This document shows positions 36,328 through 49,411 of a stretch of 64,000 nt of DNA, piece after piece. Source of the DNA: Batkoa obscura. Taxonomy: Eukaryota. Position 1 is the stretch's first letter, and each line of letters begins with the position of its first letter. The notes under the pieces are model-generated. The model saw nothing but the letters and a program-made list of their open reading frames with translations. It had not been told where the DNA came from and did not search any database. Both the position numbers and the translations under genes were made by a program. Where the stretch lies: contig JASVEC010000029.1 of assembly GCA_030770535.1 (NCBI GenBank), positions 558,001-622,000 of the forward strand, written 5' to 3'.

Positions 36328-36727
36328 TGTGAAATATCGCTTTGTCAGTCCCATGGTTAATTATTTTGATTTGTTATGAGAATTTCTAGTTCCACCCAAA
36401 AGAATATTATCTTCTCATTTTGATACTTATACTTTTCAGAGTATAAAAGAGTTTACAGAATATAATAGTTCGAGGCTTTTTAACTGAATTAATCCCTGAT
36501 ATCTCGAACATTTAATAAAGCCACTAAGTTTTCTTAATAGTATTTTACATAGATTTTACATTAGTATTGTCTATTCTATTTGTCTTATATAGCTTGTAAC
36601 CTATTACGTGCTATTCCTCATAACCCAAGTCTATCTTAGTCACATAAACTAAGACCTTTTGACTTATAGTGTAGTCAACCCAGCAATAGCTGTTCTTGAC
36701 TCCAAACCCTGAGTACCAGATTTCACA
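36328..36727 (+). repeat. 3' LTR (400 bp)
   Basis: Direct repeat of 29175-29574. Confidence 0.97.
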
Positions 36728-38108
36728 GGCAGATACAGGATATCATTTTAAATCTCAAGAGTTTTTACATTATGTATTTGAAGAAAGTCATAAAATAAAT
36801 AGTAGTTTAAATATTGATCTTAATTTTTTTGCTGAGCATCATGGAAAAAGTATAGTTGACGGGCATTTTGGAAATCTTTCACAGTGGAAAAATAGTCTTG
36901 AAGCATTAGGTAAAATAGAAGATATTGATCAATTAATTTCAAAATTTGAGATTTTTGTTTGTGAAAATAATAGATTTAATAACTCAACTGTCAATAATGG
37001 GAAAACAAATATAATTTTTAAAAAGTATGAAAGAAACAAAGATACAAAAAAAATAATAAAAATAAAAGGTATTAAAAAGTATTTACATTTTATTAAACGT
37101 GGTAAAAAACTATACTGTTATCCAGTATCTGATAGATCAAAAAAAAGCGACATAATTTCAATTAAAGTTATAGAGTCTATAGAGGATAGAAAAATTAAAA
37201 GGTCAACCCCAGCTTATCTTACAAAAATAACTGAGAATTTAAAAGTTTCAATATTTAGTAAGCAAGTAAGTAGCTTATTAGATGATAGAAATCAATTATT
37301 AAATGTTGATATTACTTAAATTATTGATAGCTAAGTTAATAAATAGTCAAAGAGCAAGTAGTTGTAATAATAAGTAAAAACTATTAATACACTGCTTGTA
37401 TTACATAGGGATGGTTAATTATAGTTTTGGGGCTAACCACTCCCTCCCATGCAGCTATTTATTAACTTAGCGATATATTAATAATGTAATTATAACATTA
37501 AAATAATTTATTCATTTGATAGCAAATCTGTAGTGTTGAATATAAAACAATTAATAATAAATATTTCTTAATAAAGCTATATAAAAGCATATATTTATTT
37601 ACATATTACAACTTTGACTAATATCACTATACAGGCTATATTAGTAAAATCTTTACTAATCCAGGAATTTATATTAAATTTAATAAAAATTCCGCTAATT
37701 GACAATATAAATTATAACAAAATAATTTAAAACTGTGTCGGGTACTTTTGGCTTTTAATAAAGAATTTATTTTTATAGAATTTTAAGCAAAGTTTTTAAA
37801 ATATAAATATTTAAAAATTGGATAAAAAAATGAAACCAATTCGGACACCCCCATATTAAACTCTGATTTTTAAGTTGTATTTTGGCTATTAAAATAACTT
37901 GATTTAAAATATTTATACTAAACTTAAAATAAAACGTGCTTATTAAATAAAAGTAATTTTGCATTTTGTATGTTTTATAAACTGAATTTCTATTACTTAT
38001 AATTTAAACACCTAGGTCAATCTGAGTATATAATATCAGGTGTTAAATACCTAGGTTGATCTCAAATACTTTGAAATAATTAATTTTTTATTTAGTTTAA
38101 AAATATAT

Positions 38109-38188
38109 GTGGGTTTTTTTTTGACTTCACTTTTTCCACTCAAATAGCACTTAAGAAACGGAAAAAGTGATGAAACCAAAATACTCCT
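38109..38188. mobile_element. Internally deleted Sola-related MITE copy
   Basis: ttccactcaaatagcacttaagaaacggaaaaagtgatgaaaccaaa core. Confidence 0.7.
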
Positions 38189-39875
38189 ATATAATGTTTT
38201 ATTCTATCGCTTGACCATAATTTTTCTTAAATTTATGTCGGATAGAAAATGAGCAAATAATGAAGGAGGTAAGGGACCCTAATATAGACTACAAATTCAA
38301 ATTCAAATTCAAATTAAACTGGAAAGTTTTATCTTTAGTTTTAACCAAGTTTTTCAACTTACAGCTATATGATAGATTGATAAAACCAACTATTAAAAAA
38401 TAACTAAAATAGCATAGATTCGATTCAATATTAATAATTTTATATTTATTCCTTATTGTTTATTAAACTATGAGGGATAGAAATTTGTCTATAAAGTTTA
38501 AGTGTAAATATGTTTCAATGTTTGAAATTAGAAATAAATGATAACAAGGAGAGATGTTAAAATAAAAACTTTTATTAATAAGAATACAACTTCTAAATTA
38601 AGCTAGTGATCAGATACCTAAAAACAAAAATATGAATATTTGTTCACTGTTACATTAGAGATATAAATAAAATAAATCAGAGGTAGAATGTTGATCATAA
38701 GTTGACGGAGCCGAAAGCAATAAATTGCTAATGACCCAACTAGAAAGTCATGTACTTAGTTCCTATCTTAAAAAACAAACCAGAAAACCTAGTCTGAGCC
38801 AAGTATGAAATATAGCACTACACTTAATAATTGCAACTATAAAGATTGCTCTTAGTTCATAGAATGGATAAACTAGGGTGTCATCATTGTACTTTGATTT
38901 CTAAAATAATTGGTCGATTACTTACATTATAAAGAAAAGCTAACGAAGCTCAATAGATTTTTTTCGTGTTTTATATACCTTGTAAAGTTCAAATGAATTT
39001 TTAAACCAATCAGAAAATTTTGTTTCTTTGAAAAATGGAATCAGTCTGTAAAAATAAGAACTTGTCCAAAAATATATGGGATAGATCCTTCTGAATAATG
39101 CTACAAATATAATAACAAAATGTTACTATCGACCTACACTATTGGAAGGACTAATTATTTAATTTAAATGTTTATTAGTATTCTTTATATTGAAATCTTG
39201 GTCATTACATAATTTATAATTTTGAAACATATTTGTTAATCCAGCTATATTTTCAAAATGATTCTAGTAATATTTTATTTAGAATCATGCTAAAGTATAA
39301 TTACACTACTTCAATTTATTAAAATAAGTTATAAAAAAGAAATCAAAAAAAAGATATTTTAGCTAAGTTTAACTTAAAAATTTTCAGAAACTATACTTAA
39401 TATTAGCAATATTGTACAGTATACGTTATTAGTTGATAGTTAATGAAATTTTAAGTTTATTTCGGCAAAATAAATGTTCTGAAATTTTAAAAATCAAAAC
39501 AAAATTTTGTTTTATTTGACATAAACCATTATAAATTGATAACAATACATCAGGACTACTTTAAAAAAGCATTGAATAGGATAATATTACGAACACAACT
39601 ATAAATTTATCTATAAATCTATCTATAAATTATATATTAATAATATATGAACTGCTATACAATACTATACAATAATATAGTTTAAAAATATCAAATTAAA
39701 TAATAGCCAATAAAACATTGGAATTCTAAGCTTTAATTGACTAAAAAAATAAAGTAGAAGCGCAACAAATAAGCTAAAGCTTTCTATAATGTTAAAATTA
39801 AGGCCTAATTATGCTCTCTCTCTGTTTTAATACCTTCGGTTTTTCGGTCAACGATCATAGCAAAACAACTAAATT

Positions 39876-40484
39876 ATGGTATGTAGCTTAATAACCTAGT
39901 ATAAAAATGGATTTTAAGATGGATGTAAAAAAACAAGTTAATAAAGTGAAAAGAAATGGATTAAAAGAAGAGAAAAATATAAGATCAAATGTTAATCTTA
40001 ACCCATTAGGCTGATAGTAGTGTAACCATTAGAACTCGTAAGTTCATCTCCAACCCTCTTCTTCAACGTAAGCAAATGGTAAGCTAAATCTATATATAAG
40101 AAAGAATGGTTTTTAAGTAAAATTAAGGTTGTTGATGTTATCCATCCAAATCGTGCTAATGTAGCCAAGGGCGAATTAAATGAAAAACTTGGTAAAGTAT
40201 TCAAGACTGATGCCCAAAACGTATTCACTTTTGGATTCAAAACTGTCTTCGGTGGGGGTCGTTCTACTGGATTCGCCCTTGTTTATGACTCTTTAGAATC
40301 AGCTAAGAAATTCGAACCTAAATTCCGTTTAGCTCGTGTAATTATATTTTACAATTTAAAATTGTTAGTTTGAAACTGAATATTTTTATAGAAAAACATC
40401 GCTGAAAATCCAAAGACTGGTCGTAAACAACGTAAAGAACGTAAGAACCGTGATAAGAAGTTCCGTGGAACTAAGAAAAATTAA
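39876..40484 (+). CDS. RPS24: 40S ribosomal protein eS24
   Basis: ATG-only first coding exon, then [60 protein letters not shown]. Confidence 0.96.
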
Positions 40485-41090
40485 AGTTGTTCCTCAAAAT
40501 TTATTTGATGTAATAAAAGCAACCTGTTGCCCAATACTAATATAAAATTAAATTATTAAAAGAGTTAGTTAGGTAACTAAACATGTTTGAATTTTTTTTA
40601 ATATAGTTTCTAGCGTCAATTATAGTATAAGATTAAATATAGTGGAAAATAGTAACTAAGATTTATTATGGATTTATTTTTGAAACAATGAAATATGAAT
40701 ATTGAAGAAGTGGATTTATCAAAACCAATACAAGGATTCGAGAGCTTTATTAGTATAGAGATCATTAGTAAATATAACGGTTTAAATGAGGATATCAGTC
40801 ATTCGATAATATGTTTAATGAATATTAGAACTAATATTAACTTAAAATGGCATCCATGTTCTTATTAATTATAGAAAAACGAGTTTCAATATTTATATGA
40901 GCTGCTATGAAATTATAAAATCAAATAAAGGACTTTATAGAAAAACAATGTTGTAGTTTTAAACTTTATTTGTTTGTTTTTATTTATCTTTTTTATATCC
41001 ATCGTAATTTAAGTCTAAACTTAAAGTTTATATTAGATCCTTAATTTAACATGTATTTAAAATTATTAAAAAAATTATCTAACATAATAC

Positions 41091-41187
41091 GGGGATGTAT
41101 TTTTGTATTTAAGAATTTTACTAACAATTTTTCCACCCAAATAGCGCTTAAAAAATGGAAAAATGATGAAGCCAAAAAAACATTCCC
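41091..41187. mobile_element. Sola-related MITE copy
   Basis: atac-GGGGATGTATT...AACATTCCC-atat. Confidence 0.85.
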
Positions 41188-41406
41188 ATATGTTATATAA
41201 AAGATTGTTGATAGACCAAAGTAATAACAGTTTGGTTTTTGGATGCTATTAAAGATTAAATTATTAGTAGGAAAAAGCAAAATAGACCATTAATAAATGG
41301 AACATTTAATTTATTCAACAAAATAAATGAGTTACATATTAAAATAAAAGTTGATAAGCAAAAAATATATCAAAGTATAATCCTTTAACATTTAATTCAA
41401 TTATGT

Positions 41407-42701
41407 TTAAAAAATCACATCCTCATCTTTGTCGTCATCAAGTAAATTAGCTGGTGTATCTTCAATAAGTCCACTATCGACAAGCTGAGATTCTTTATTG
41501 TCTCCTTCTTTCTTAGTTTCGTCCTTGACTTCTTTAACTTCTTCTTCGTTCTCTTCTTTAACTTCTTTATTTTCTTCTTTTGTGTCTTCATGGTTTTCTC
41601 CGTTCTCTTTATTTTCTTCAGCAGATTGAGATATAGGAATCGACTCCACTGTAGCTTTAGCAACATTATTTGAATTGGCTTTTGCTAGTGCTTGACTAGC
41701 TTTTAATACTCTAAGTTCTTCAGCTTCAATATCCTTGTCTCTCTTCTTTTTACCTTGAACTTTCTTTAATCTAAAAATGGTTATATTTTATATAAAATTT
41801 AATCAATGTTTTGATACCTAAAAAATTCTTCACGATCTTGTTCATCCAACTCAGATATAATATAACTAATTGTGTTTTCAATACGTGGAATAATGACATG
41901 TTCAATCGCATTTACTCTACGATTAGTTAATTTGATTACTTCATCTAAAATTACGAAAGCAGTCTGTATAAAACAATTAGTCATGTATTTTAGTTTGATA
42001 GTCAAATCTACCTGAAGAGAGGCAAGTTCAACTAAAGTTTCTACTGCTTTTACATAAGTGTCCTTACACCTTTGAATCTTTTGTCCACCTCTTCCAAGAC
42101 CAGCAAGTTCAAAAACTGAATAAATTATTGGCGTTAATATATATTACTTAAAAAACAAAGAATTAAGGTATTAGTTATAGCTCACCATCATTGCCTTCAT
42201 GGTAAGCTTCAAAAGTTGGAAGCATTACACCAGAAACATTCTCTTGGTTGGTACGTACTCGAAACTGAGCACTTTTAACATTTTCTCTAACCTGATAGCT
42301 AAAAACGGATTATAAAGGATTTTTTTACTCCTTCATTATAGATCTTACCTTATATCCCCAGCCGCATATACTACTTCCGCTAAAGAAAAAGAAGCATTTT
42401 GCATTAATCTACCCATCTGTTTCTTTGCCTTTTTTTTAAAAAAATCATTAATTAATTGTCTATTTCATTCAAGATCTATAATTCAATTACCGTTTCAATC
42501 TTAGTAACAATATCACGAAATCTTTTAGTCAAAGCTTCACTTTTTCTCTTTAAAAGACTATGCCCCGTTTGAGCCCCTTTCAATTTGAGCTTCATTGTGG
42601 TCAATGCCCTAATAAGAAATTACTTTTGGAAATGGTTTATTTCTAAGTTATGGAGCTTACATTCGAGTTGGGAATATAGCTAATCGATTACTCGTTGCCA
42701 T
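41407..42701 (-). CDS. VMA8: V-type ATPase V1 subunit D
   Basis: [75 protein letters not shown]; ends DEDVIF. Confidence 0.96.
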
Positions 42702-43303
42702 TTTGATCGTTCCTTAATATTTAAAAAAAAGTGTTTGGAGCCACAGTATTTAGCTTGACGTAATATGGTAGGTTGGAAGTTGGTTTTTAGTTATCCAATG
42801 AAATACTAAAAATGAAATCATAATTGAGTTTTAACAAATGAATTGAAATTTGTAATGGTTAAATCCAATAAAATGAGTGAAATTTTATTAATTTTTGGGA
42901 CTAGCTATTTTACTAGCGCTTTTTATTGCTAGTTGCTTCATATTTATATATTAATATTATTTCATGTATTAAGTATAGATGAAGAATTCAAGTATTTCAC
43001 TTATTAGTTAAAATTAACTTTAATTGATCATATTAAATAATCAATATCTATTATACTTAATTTTATTAATCATATAATTTTAGTAATAGTTTAAGCATTA
43101 AAAATACTAAAAATTAAAACATTCAAAAATAATAAATTAAGATAAAATGTTTTATTTAACTTGTAGAAAAAAGTAGCTACAAGTAATATAAATATATAAA
43201 AAAGCAAGTTTTTTTTACAAGCTCTAATTTCAATCGAGCCCATTTTTACCAATAATTGCATACCGCCAAATAGTCAGAATAAGTTATAAAATATACACAT
43301 AAG

Positions 43304-44728
43304 CTAAGACACTGTGGGTGCGGGTGCGTCAAAAGCCATAGCACCATTAAGTGAATCATTACTAGGAATACGGGAAAGAGAATGTTGTAGGATGGAATTT
43401 AATACATTCATTTTGTCTGGCGGACATCCCTCCCTTTTCTGCTTGTATCGAGTTTGACTCCCTGGCCTTGATAATGACCGACGAGGTTTAGAAGTTCGTA
43501 TAAAGTCACCTGAATAACGCCTAAGCTCTTCACAATAAAACTCGGGTATTTCTACAGTACCAGCCGAAAAACTGACACGTCTTGATGAATAAGGTGAGTT
43601 ATCTGATGCAGTATCTTGTCGGCGATGTGGCCTTTGTTTCTTAACTTCAGACCAACGGAATCTATTAGCTTCTAAATTGTCTAAAAATACAACGCAAGGG
43701 GGTAGAAGGCGGGCTAAAATTTCAAAAAAGGGTCGAACAATGAATTCATCAAAGTCTAAAGCAATTTGAGGTTGACTTGAAACATTACGATCCATATTAC
43801 ATGATATTGGTAAGCTATTCCTTTTCTCTAAATCACCTTGATGAAAAAATTCTTGTACAACCATATCGGACCAGGATTTACATAAGGACCAGGGTCGAAC
43901 TGCATTACTTATATCTGCTGCATGTAATAAAAGTTCACAAAGCTTACGCCTAAATTCTTCTATATTTAACTCGTTATTGGACTCTGGCTTACAATTTGTA
44001 TCTATAGTAGAACGAGCAGGGGATGAAGGCCATTCATCAAGGATATGAGACAAATCTTCTAAAAGCGTAAAATGATGTGCCATATCGGTTGACAATATAT
44101 TTTCTACAATCATATCTTCTAAATTGTTAACTGATAATGGACATTTTGAATTCCCCTTTCTTAATAATTGATGTTTAGCTAACAAATTCCCAGTAAGGCA
44201 ACATGAATGGTTTTCTAAAACGGATATGTCTTCAAAGGCCAACGCAAGTTCGGTACGAGCATTAATTTGATAAAGATTGTTAAGCCCAGGCTATAAAAGA
44301 TTAATATATACCTAAAACTATATAATGTATAAGCTTACATGACCAATATCATGACAGAGTCCAGCTATAATTAAAGCTAGAACACTAGGTTGATCTAAAT
44401 AATTTTTGATATTTAAGTTGACCAAGAAATAGTATAACATTGCACAGACATCTACTGCATGTAAGAAAGAGTGATAAGGGTTACAAAAATAACCCTTTTC
44501 AACATCTGCAATAAATGCTAATATTTCTTCTTTCGTTGATCCAATATAATTTATAAGCTCTAGTTTTTCGAATATTGCTAAAACAGTGCCACACAAATCC
44601 CCCGTATTTAAATTCCAAGCATTGAAATTGAGATCCAATTGGATTGCTTCTTCATCTCCAGAGATGATTGTATTAAATGTATCCCAAGCAGCATCAAGTT
44701 GATCCGAAGTTAAATCTATAGTGGACAT
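43304..44728 (-). CDS. Class I cyclic-nucleotide phosphodiesterase (HD domain), one intron
   Basis: PYHSFLHAVDV, CHDIGH/PG, SVLENH, STDMAHH, ADISN, EFFHQGDLEK. Confidence 0.92.
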
Positions 44729-47172
44729 GTTTAATTGTTATTTTAAATGAAATAAGTATAAAACTTTAGTTGAAATCAATTTAATGGAAATAGATGTGAT
44801 ATATGCAATAGAACATCTAATAATGTAAGAATGGTAATTGAATGCTTCTATTAATCAAAATGAAGACTAAAAGAATGAAATGAAATAAATTTCAAATGGT
44901 TAAATAGGGATTGACAAAGACGTTTAAAAGGAAATATAATTTCAAAAAAATAAATTCCAAGTTGACAATAATTGGTATTTTATATGAAGTTAAATGTTCA
45001 ATTGATTTTAAAATCAAATCAGTTGATATTACTAAAATTAGAGTGTGCTAAAAGATAAAATTCAATTGATTGGTAGTTAATTAGAATTGGGTGTCAGTTA
45101 CAACCAATAAGACTTTAAAAGAAAGTTAGATTTGAAACCTGAGCAAAAACTGGATCAATTTTTAGCCAACTTTAAGAATAAACACTTCCTTTCCTTATCA
45201 TTGAAATTCATAAATGAATTCAAAATTACTTGTGACTATTAGTTTATGATACGAATTCGGAACAATTAATGTCATCAAAGTAGCTGAAAACTAGGGGTTA
45301 ATTATTTCAAACAATGAAAGCCTTAAAAAGTAGAATGATCTACCAATCAAATGGATTTTAATCGAATTTTAAAGAAATTTGGCTTATAAAGTTAAATGAA
45401 AGTTGATTTTTAAACTTCGGAAATAAAGTTTAGTTACTTGTGCTTTTAACTCCACATTTTATTTTACTTTGAATTAATATACAAATAATACAAATAATAC
45501 AAATGCAATAGAATATTTTATTATGATTTGTAATAAAGAGTAATGATTTTAATTAATAGATTAGATTTATGATATAACTAGCTAATAACATTCCTATTTT
45601 ATAAAAGAAGCCACACCTAATTAATTTGTATAATGGATTCTTTTTGAATTTCAAACTTCAATTTCCATTTTTGACAAATCACGTTGATTTCTCCTAGAAT
45701 TGTTTAAGCGATTGTTTTTATTATAAAGATTAGTCTTTCTTATACTCTATGATAAAATGATATTTCTAATGAACTAGTTTTAAAGTCAAATAAACTCAAT
45801 AAATTTAAATTATCATTATGATTCAGAATAATTAGTAATAAAATAGATTATGAGAAAGAAGTAAGGATTATTAACTTCAAATATAAACTCAAAATTAAAG
45901 CCTCTTTATTACTTTTTAAAATTAAAATGAACAAAACAGCTTTAAAGTCTAAAACTCATTAATTATTGGATAAATTTATTTACCGTAATGCATCATTCCC
46001 ATTGTGCTTAAAAAAACAAAAATTGAGGTAGATTGATAGATTAAATAGAAAACTTCCTTGTGTTTTAGATGTATACCGTTTTATAATTACAACTATTATC
46101 TTTTATGACACGGAATATATATTATTAAGAGCTATTGTGCTTCGACTATATTAAGTAAAAAAAACATTAAGATAGTTAAAGTTAATTTTTATCATTTAAC
46201 AATTTCATTTATAATACTATTAATAAATTGATTGATTCATTAAAATTTATTAAATCCTATAACTTTTAAACTTTCTATCCCTGAAATATTTACTTTGAAT
46301 ATTATTAAAATATGAGTTAGTTAAAAATACATATTTATTAAATTGTTTTTAATTGAAAATATAATTTGAATAAAATCTATATTAATTTATAATAGTTCAA
46401 AAAGTCAATAAATATCAGTAAGTAATATGCTATGAATTAAATTTTATTATAATAAAAGCAGTTATAAAGCATATTATCATACACTTCATTTAAATATAAC
46501 CCTCATTTTAAGCTTTAAGATTCTATATATCAATTTATTCTATACAAATACCAAAAAACATACTATTATAAATTATATTACTTTTAAAAGCAATGACTCC
46601 TTGATCACTCTCGCATATTATAGTTTTGAGTAGTAAATACTCTGATGTTAAAGTTATTGAGTGGGATACTTTTATAATAGCTATAAAATTTTATTATCCG
46701 TGAATACATATCTAAAAGGTAAAAAAATGATATTAAGGTTAGTGATTAAAGTGTTTGAAAATAGAATGAATGGGAAAGAGTATGAGTAAGCAGTTAAGTA
46801 AGATAATATGTTTAGATAAAAATAAAGTGTTGAGTTAGGGGTGGTAGCTGTAACTATATTAACAGGCTTTAAAGCCAATAAAAAGTTCGGATCAAGCTAA
46901 TCTTTTATTATGCTTTATAAAATAATTTGATATACATCTCATAATAATAAAAGGGGTCACAGTTAGATGAAGTATGAAAAAAAAGTGAAAACATAAAGAG
47001 CCTTAATAAAGCGGAGTTAGAATAAGAATTGGGTAGGATAGGAATGTAAAATTAATATTTTAATTCTTTTTTGATTGTATTTAATATATTTTTAATTTAA
47101 AGGATCTATTATTAAATAGAAATTAATCTAAAGATTAATTAATTGGAAAAAGACAATTATTAGTGTGTATAT

Positions 47173-47270
47173 GGGGATGTATTTTTTTGTTCAAGAATTT
47201 TACTAACAATCTTTCTGCTCAAATAGCGCTTAAAAAATGGAAAAAATAATGAAACCAAAAAAACATCTTC
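47173..47270. mobile_element. Sola-related ~98-bp MITE copy
   Basis: atat-GGGGATGTATT...AACATCTTC-atat. Confidence 0.88.
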
Positions 47271-47330
47271 ATATAGATTTTATAATCAAAAATGGAATAA
47301 TAGGAATTTATAAATGCTTATAAGAATGAA

Positions 47331-47419
47331 GTTATAATAAAATACAGTTATAATAAAATACAGTTATAATAAAATACAGTTATAATAAAATACAGTTATA
47401 ATAAAATAAAGTTATAATA
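47331..47419. repeat. 16-bp minisatellite, ~5.5 copies
   Basis: (gttataataaaataca)n. Confidence 0.9.
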
Positions 47420-47868
47420 TTTGATATCTAATATGCTCTCAAATAATTAATTTAATCGATGGTGAAGCAAAAAAGATACCCCTAAATATTTAAAGTTATC
47501 TTTTATTTATTAATATTTATTTTAAAAGTCTTCTATTATAATTATTATTTTAAAACATAAACTATACTAAAATATAGTTATAACTTAATTAAGTATCATC
47601 AGTACCCAAATGATTAAAAGTGAGTATATGTAATAATATAGATTCACTAAAATAAATTTTAGTTTATAGAGTTATAGTTGAATAAAATAATTAAATTGGC
47701 TATAATATTCATAGAAAATAAACTACTTCACTCAAGTTAAAAACTTGATATTAAATTTATCTAATTACTTATTTATTATAATACATTTTTTAAAATATCA
47801 AACATTTTAAGTAATCCTATTTGGACTTTAATTTTAATTTTAATTCTTAATTTTATTTAAATCTATAA

Positions 47869-48926
47869 TTATTCATTTAATAAATTACATTCTTTTAATC
47901 CACGTATGTATTGTATTAGTTGTTTTGCATGATTTAAACTTTCATTTTCTTGTAACTAAAATAAATAATCATTAATATAAACAAATATTAACTTCAATTA
48001 ATATACTTACCATTGAATATAAATCTCCATGTTTATGATTTCTTTTTTTAATTATTGGTTTGTCTAATTTTATCTTTAAAAATAAAATTATTAATTCAAT
48101 TTCTTGTCTTAATAAAAAAACAAGTAAATAATAACTTACTTTATTTTTATTCTCTTTTTTATTACTCTTGATTTTTATTTCGTTTCTTAAAATACTTTGT
48201 TCTTCTGGTGCTTCGTCTGAACTTATAACTTCATTATCTTGCCTTTGCTTTTTAGTTTCGGATTCTTTAACTAATGATATCCCATCTTCATTATTAGCTT
48301 TTAAATCTAATTCGAGATTTAGTTCATCTACATTATTTCCTACTTTTTCTTTAATGTCTTCAATTTCTGATTCCGTTCCAGAATTATTATAATCTACCAA
48401 TCCAAGACTTGATTTTATTGTTTCAGTTGAAGTCTATTGCTATTATTATTAATATAATGAGATTAATTTTAAAATTTACTTTTCCCTGCCTTAGACTTTG
48501 AGCTTCTAATTTCTAAATATAAAGGAAAACTCGTTAATTAAATGAATATTCTACATCAAACATCTCTATTTACTTTCTCAACATTCTTATCTGATGGCCA
48601 ATTCTTTTTTCTATCTTGGATCCAAGTTTCTAATTCTTCTGCATTGCTTACTTTAATCTTTGGTAAATATTTCCTATTTCAATCATATTAATTCCATACT
48701 CCTATTCATTTCAATTTTTTTTTGACTTACTGTATCACTACTTCCTCCTCAGTCATACCCTGAGTTTTGTCCTTTCTTTTATTCCATCCTCTTTTACCTC
48801 CACCTCGATTACTATTCCCTCTATAACCTCCTCTACTATTACCACCGCCCCTTCTATTATCTGACTACTATCAATTAATTGACATTCGAAATAAATTAAT
48901 TCATATACTATTACTTGATTATCCAT
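47869..48926 (-). CDS. NUFIP1/Rsa1-like box C/D snoRNP assembly factor, multi-exon
   Basis: RGG-rich N-terminus; NAEELETWIQDRKKNWPSDKNVEK resembles the NUFIP1 motif; acidic middle; C-terminal QLIQYIR. Confidence 0.65.
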
Positions 48927-49024
48927 TGAAAAACTAGAGTCTAGTTTTTAAATTTTTTTTAAGTTGGTGAAATTTAGTGAAAATTTTTTTAAATAAACTT
49001 TATTGGAAGATAAAGGAATAATGA

Positions 49025-49107
49025 GATCAGGTGGCCGAGTTGGTCTAAGGCGCCGTGTTAAGGCCGCGGTCTCTTCGGAGGCGTGGGTTCGAATCCCATC
49101 CTGATCA
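49025..49107 (+). tRNA. tRNA-Leu (AAG)
   Basis: GATCAGG/CCTGATC acceptor stem, loop TTAAGGC, long variable arm, GGTTCGAATCCC. Confidence 0.95.
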
Positions 49108-49411
49108 TCAGTAATATTTTTCAATATTGGCTTTTTCCATTTTTAATGCCAATCAAACTAAGATATTGTTTAATAGACTCTTTAGCAAAAACAATTATAT
49201 AAATTTAATAGTATTCTTTAATTAATGCTGAAAAATATAATGTTCTTTTTGTTTGATAAATACTTAGTGCTTTTTCAGCGTCGCTTTAGCGTATCTTAAA
49301 TTCTATAGCTAAATCTAAAGTATCTATTTTAAAAATAAATTTAAACTGTTTTTTATCAAAATAAAATAAAATCCAATTAATACAACAATGTAATTTATTA
49401 CCAAAATCACT

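Larger units (their letters stand above)
29175..36727 (+). mobile_element. Full-length Ty3/Gypsy LTR retrotransposon (7553 bp)
   Basis: Two 400-bp LTRs, GGCA TSD (29171-29174 / 36728-36731), PBS, PPT, gag, and pol in PR-RT-RH-IN order. Confidence 0.97.
28059..37319 (+). pseudogene. Sola-type DDD transposase (567 aa reconstituted from 28059-29174 + 36732-37319), interrupted by the Gypsy element
   Basis: TDLCNIC, IILDFKQN (D289), IWA|DTGYHFKS (D373), FFAEHHGKSIVDGHFG (D415); both halves are stop-free and join in frame. Confidence 0.85.
27428..37852 (+). mobile_element. Sola-like DNA transposon (~2.5 kb native) carrying nested LTR insertions
   Basis: Perfect 22-bp TIR GGGGGTGTCCGAATTGGTTTCA (27428-27449) / TGAAACCAATTCGGACACCCCC (37831-37852); ATAT TSD; internal DDD transposase. 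Confidence 0.88.

Noticed and set aside
36696..37319. 207-aa ORF as an independent gene or env-like ORF
   Set aside because: It starts at a TTG inside the 3' LTR and is the C-terminal half of the split transposase
40694..40867. 57-codon ORF MNIEEVDLSKPIQGFESF...
   Set aside because: No recognisable motif and short enough to be chance
47331..47419. CRISPR-like array
   Set aside because: Head-to-tail 16-bp repeats with no spacers, in a eukaryotic context
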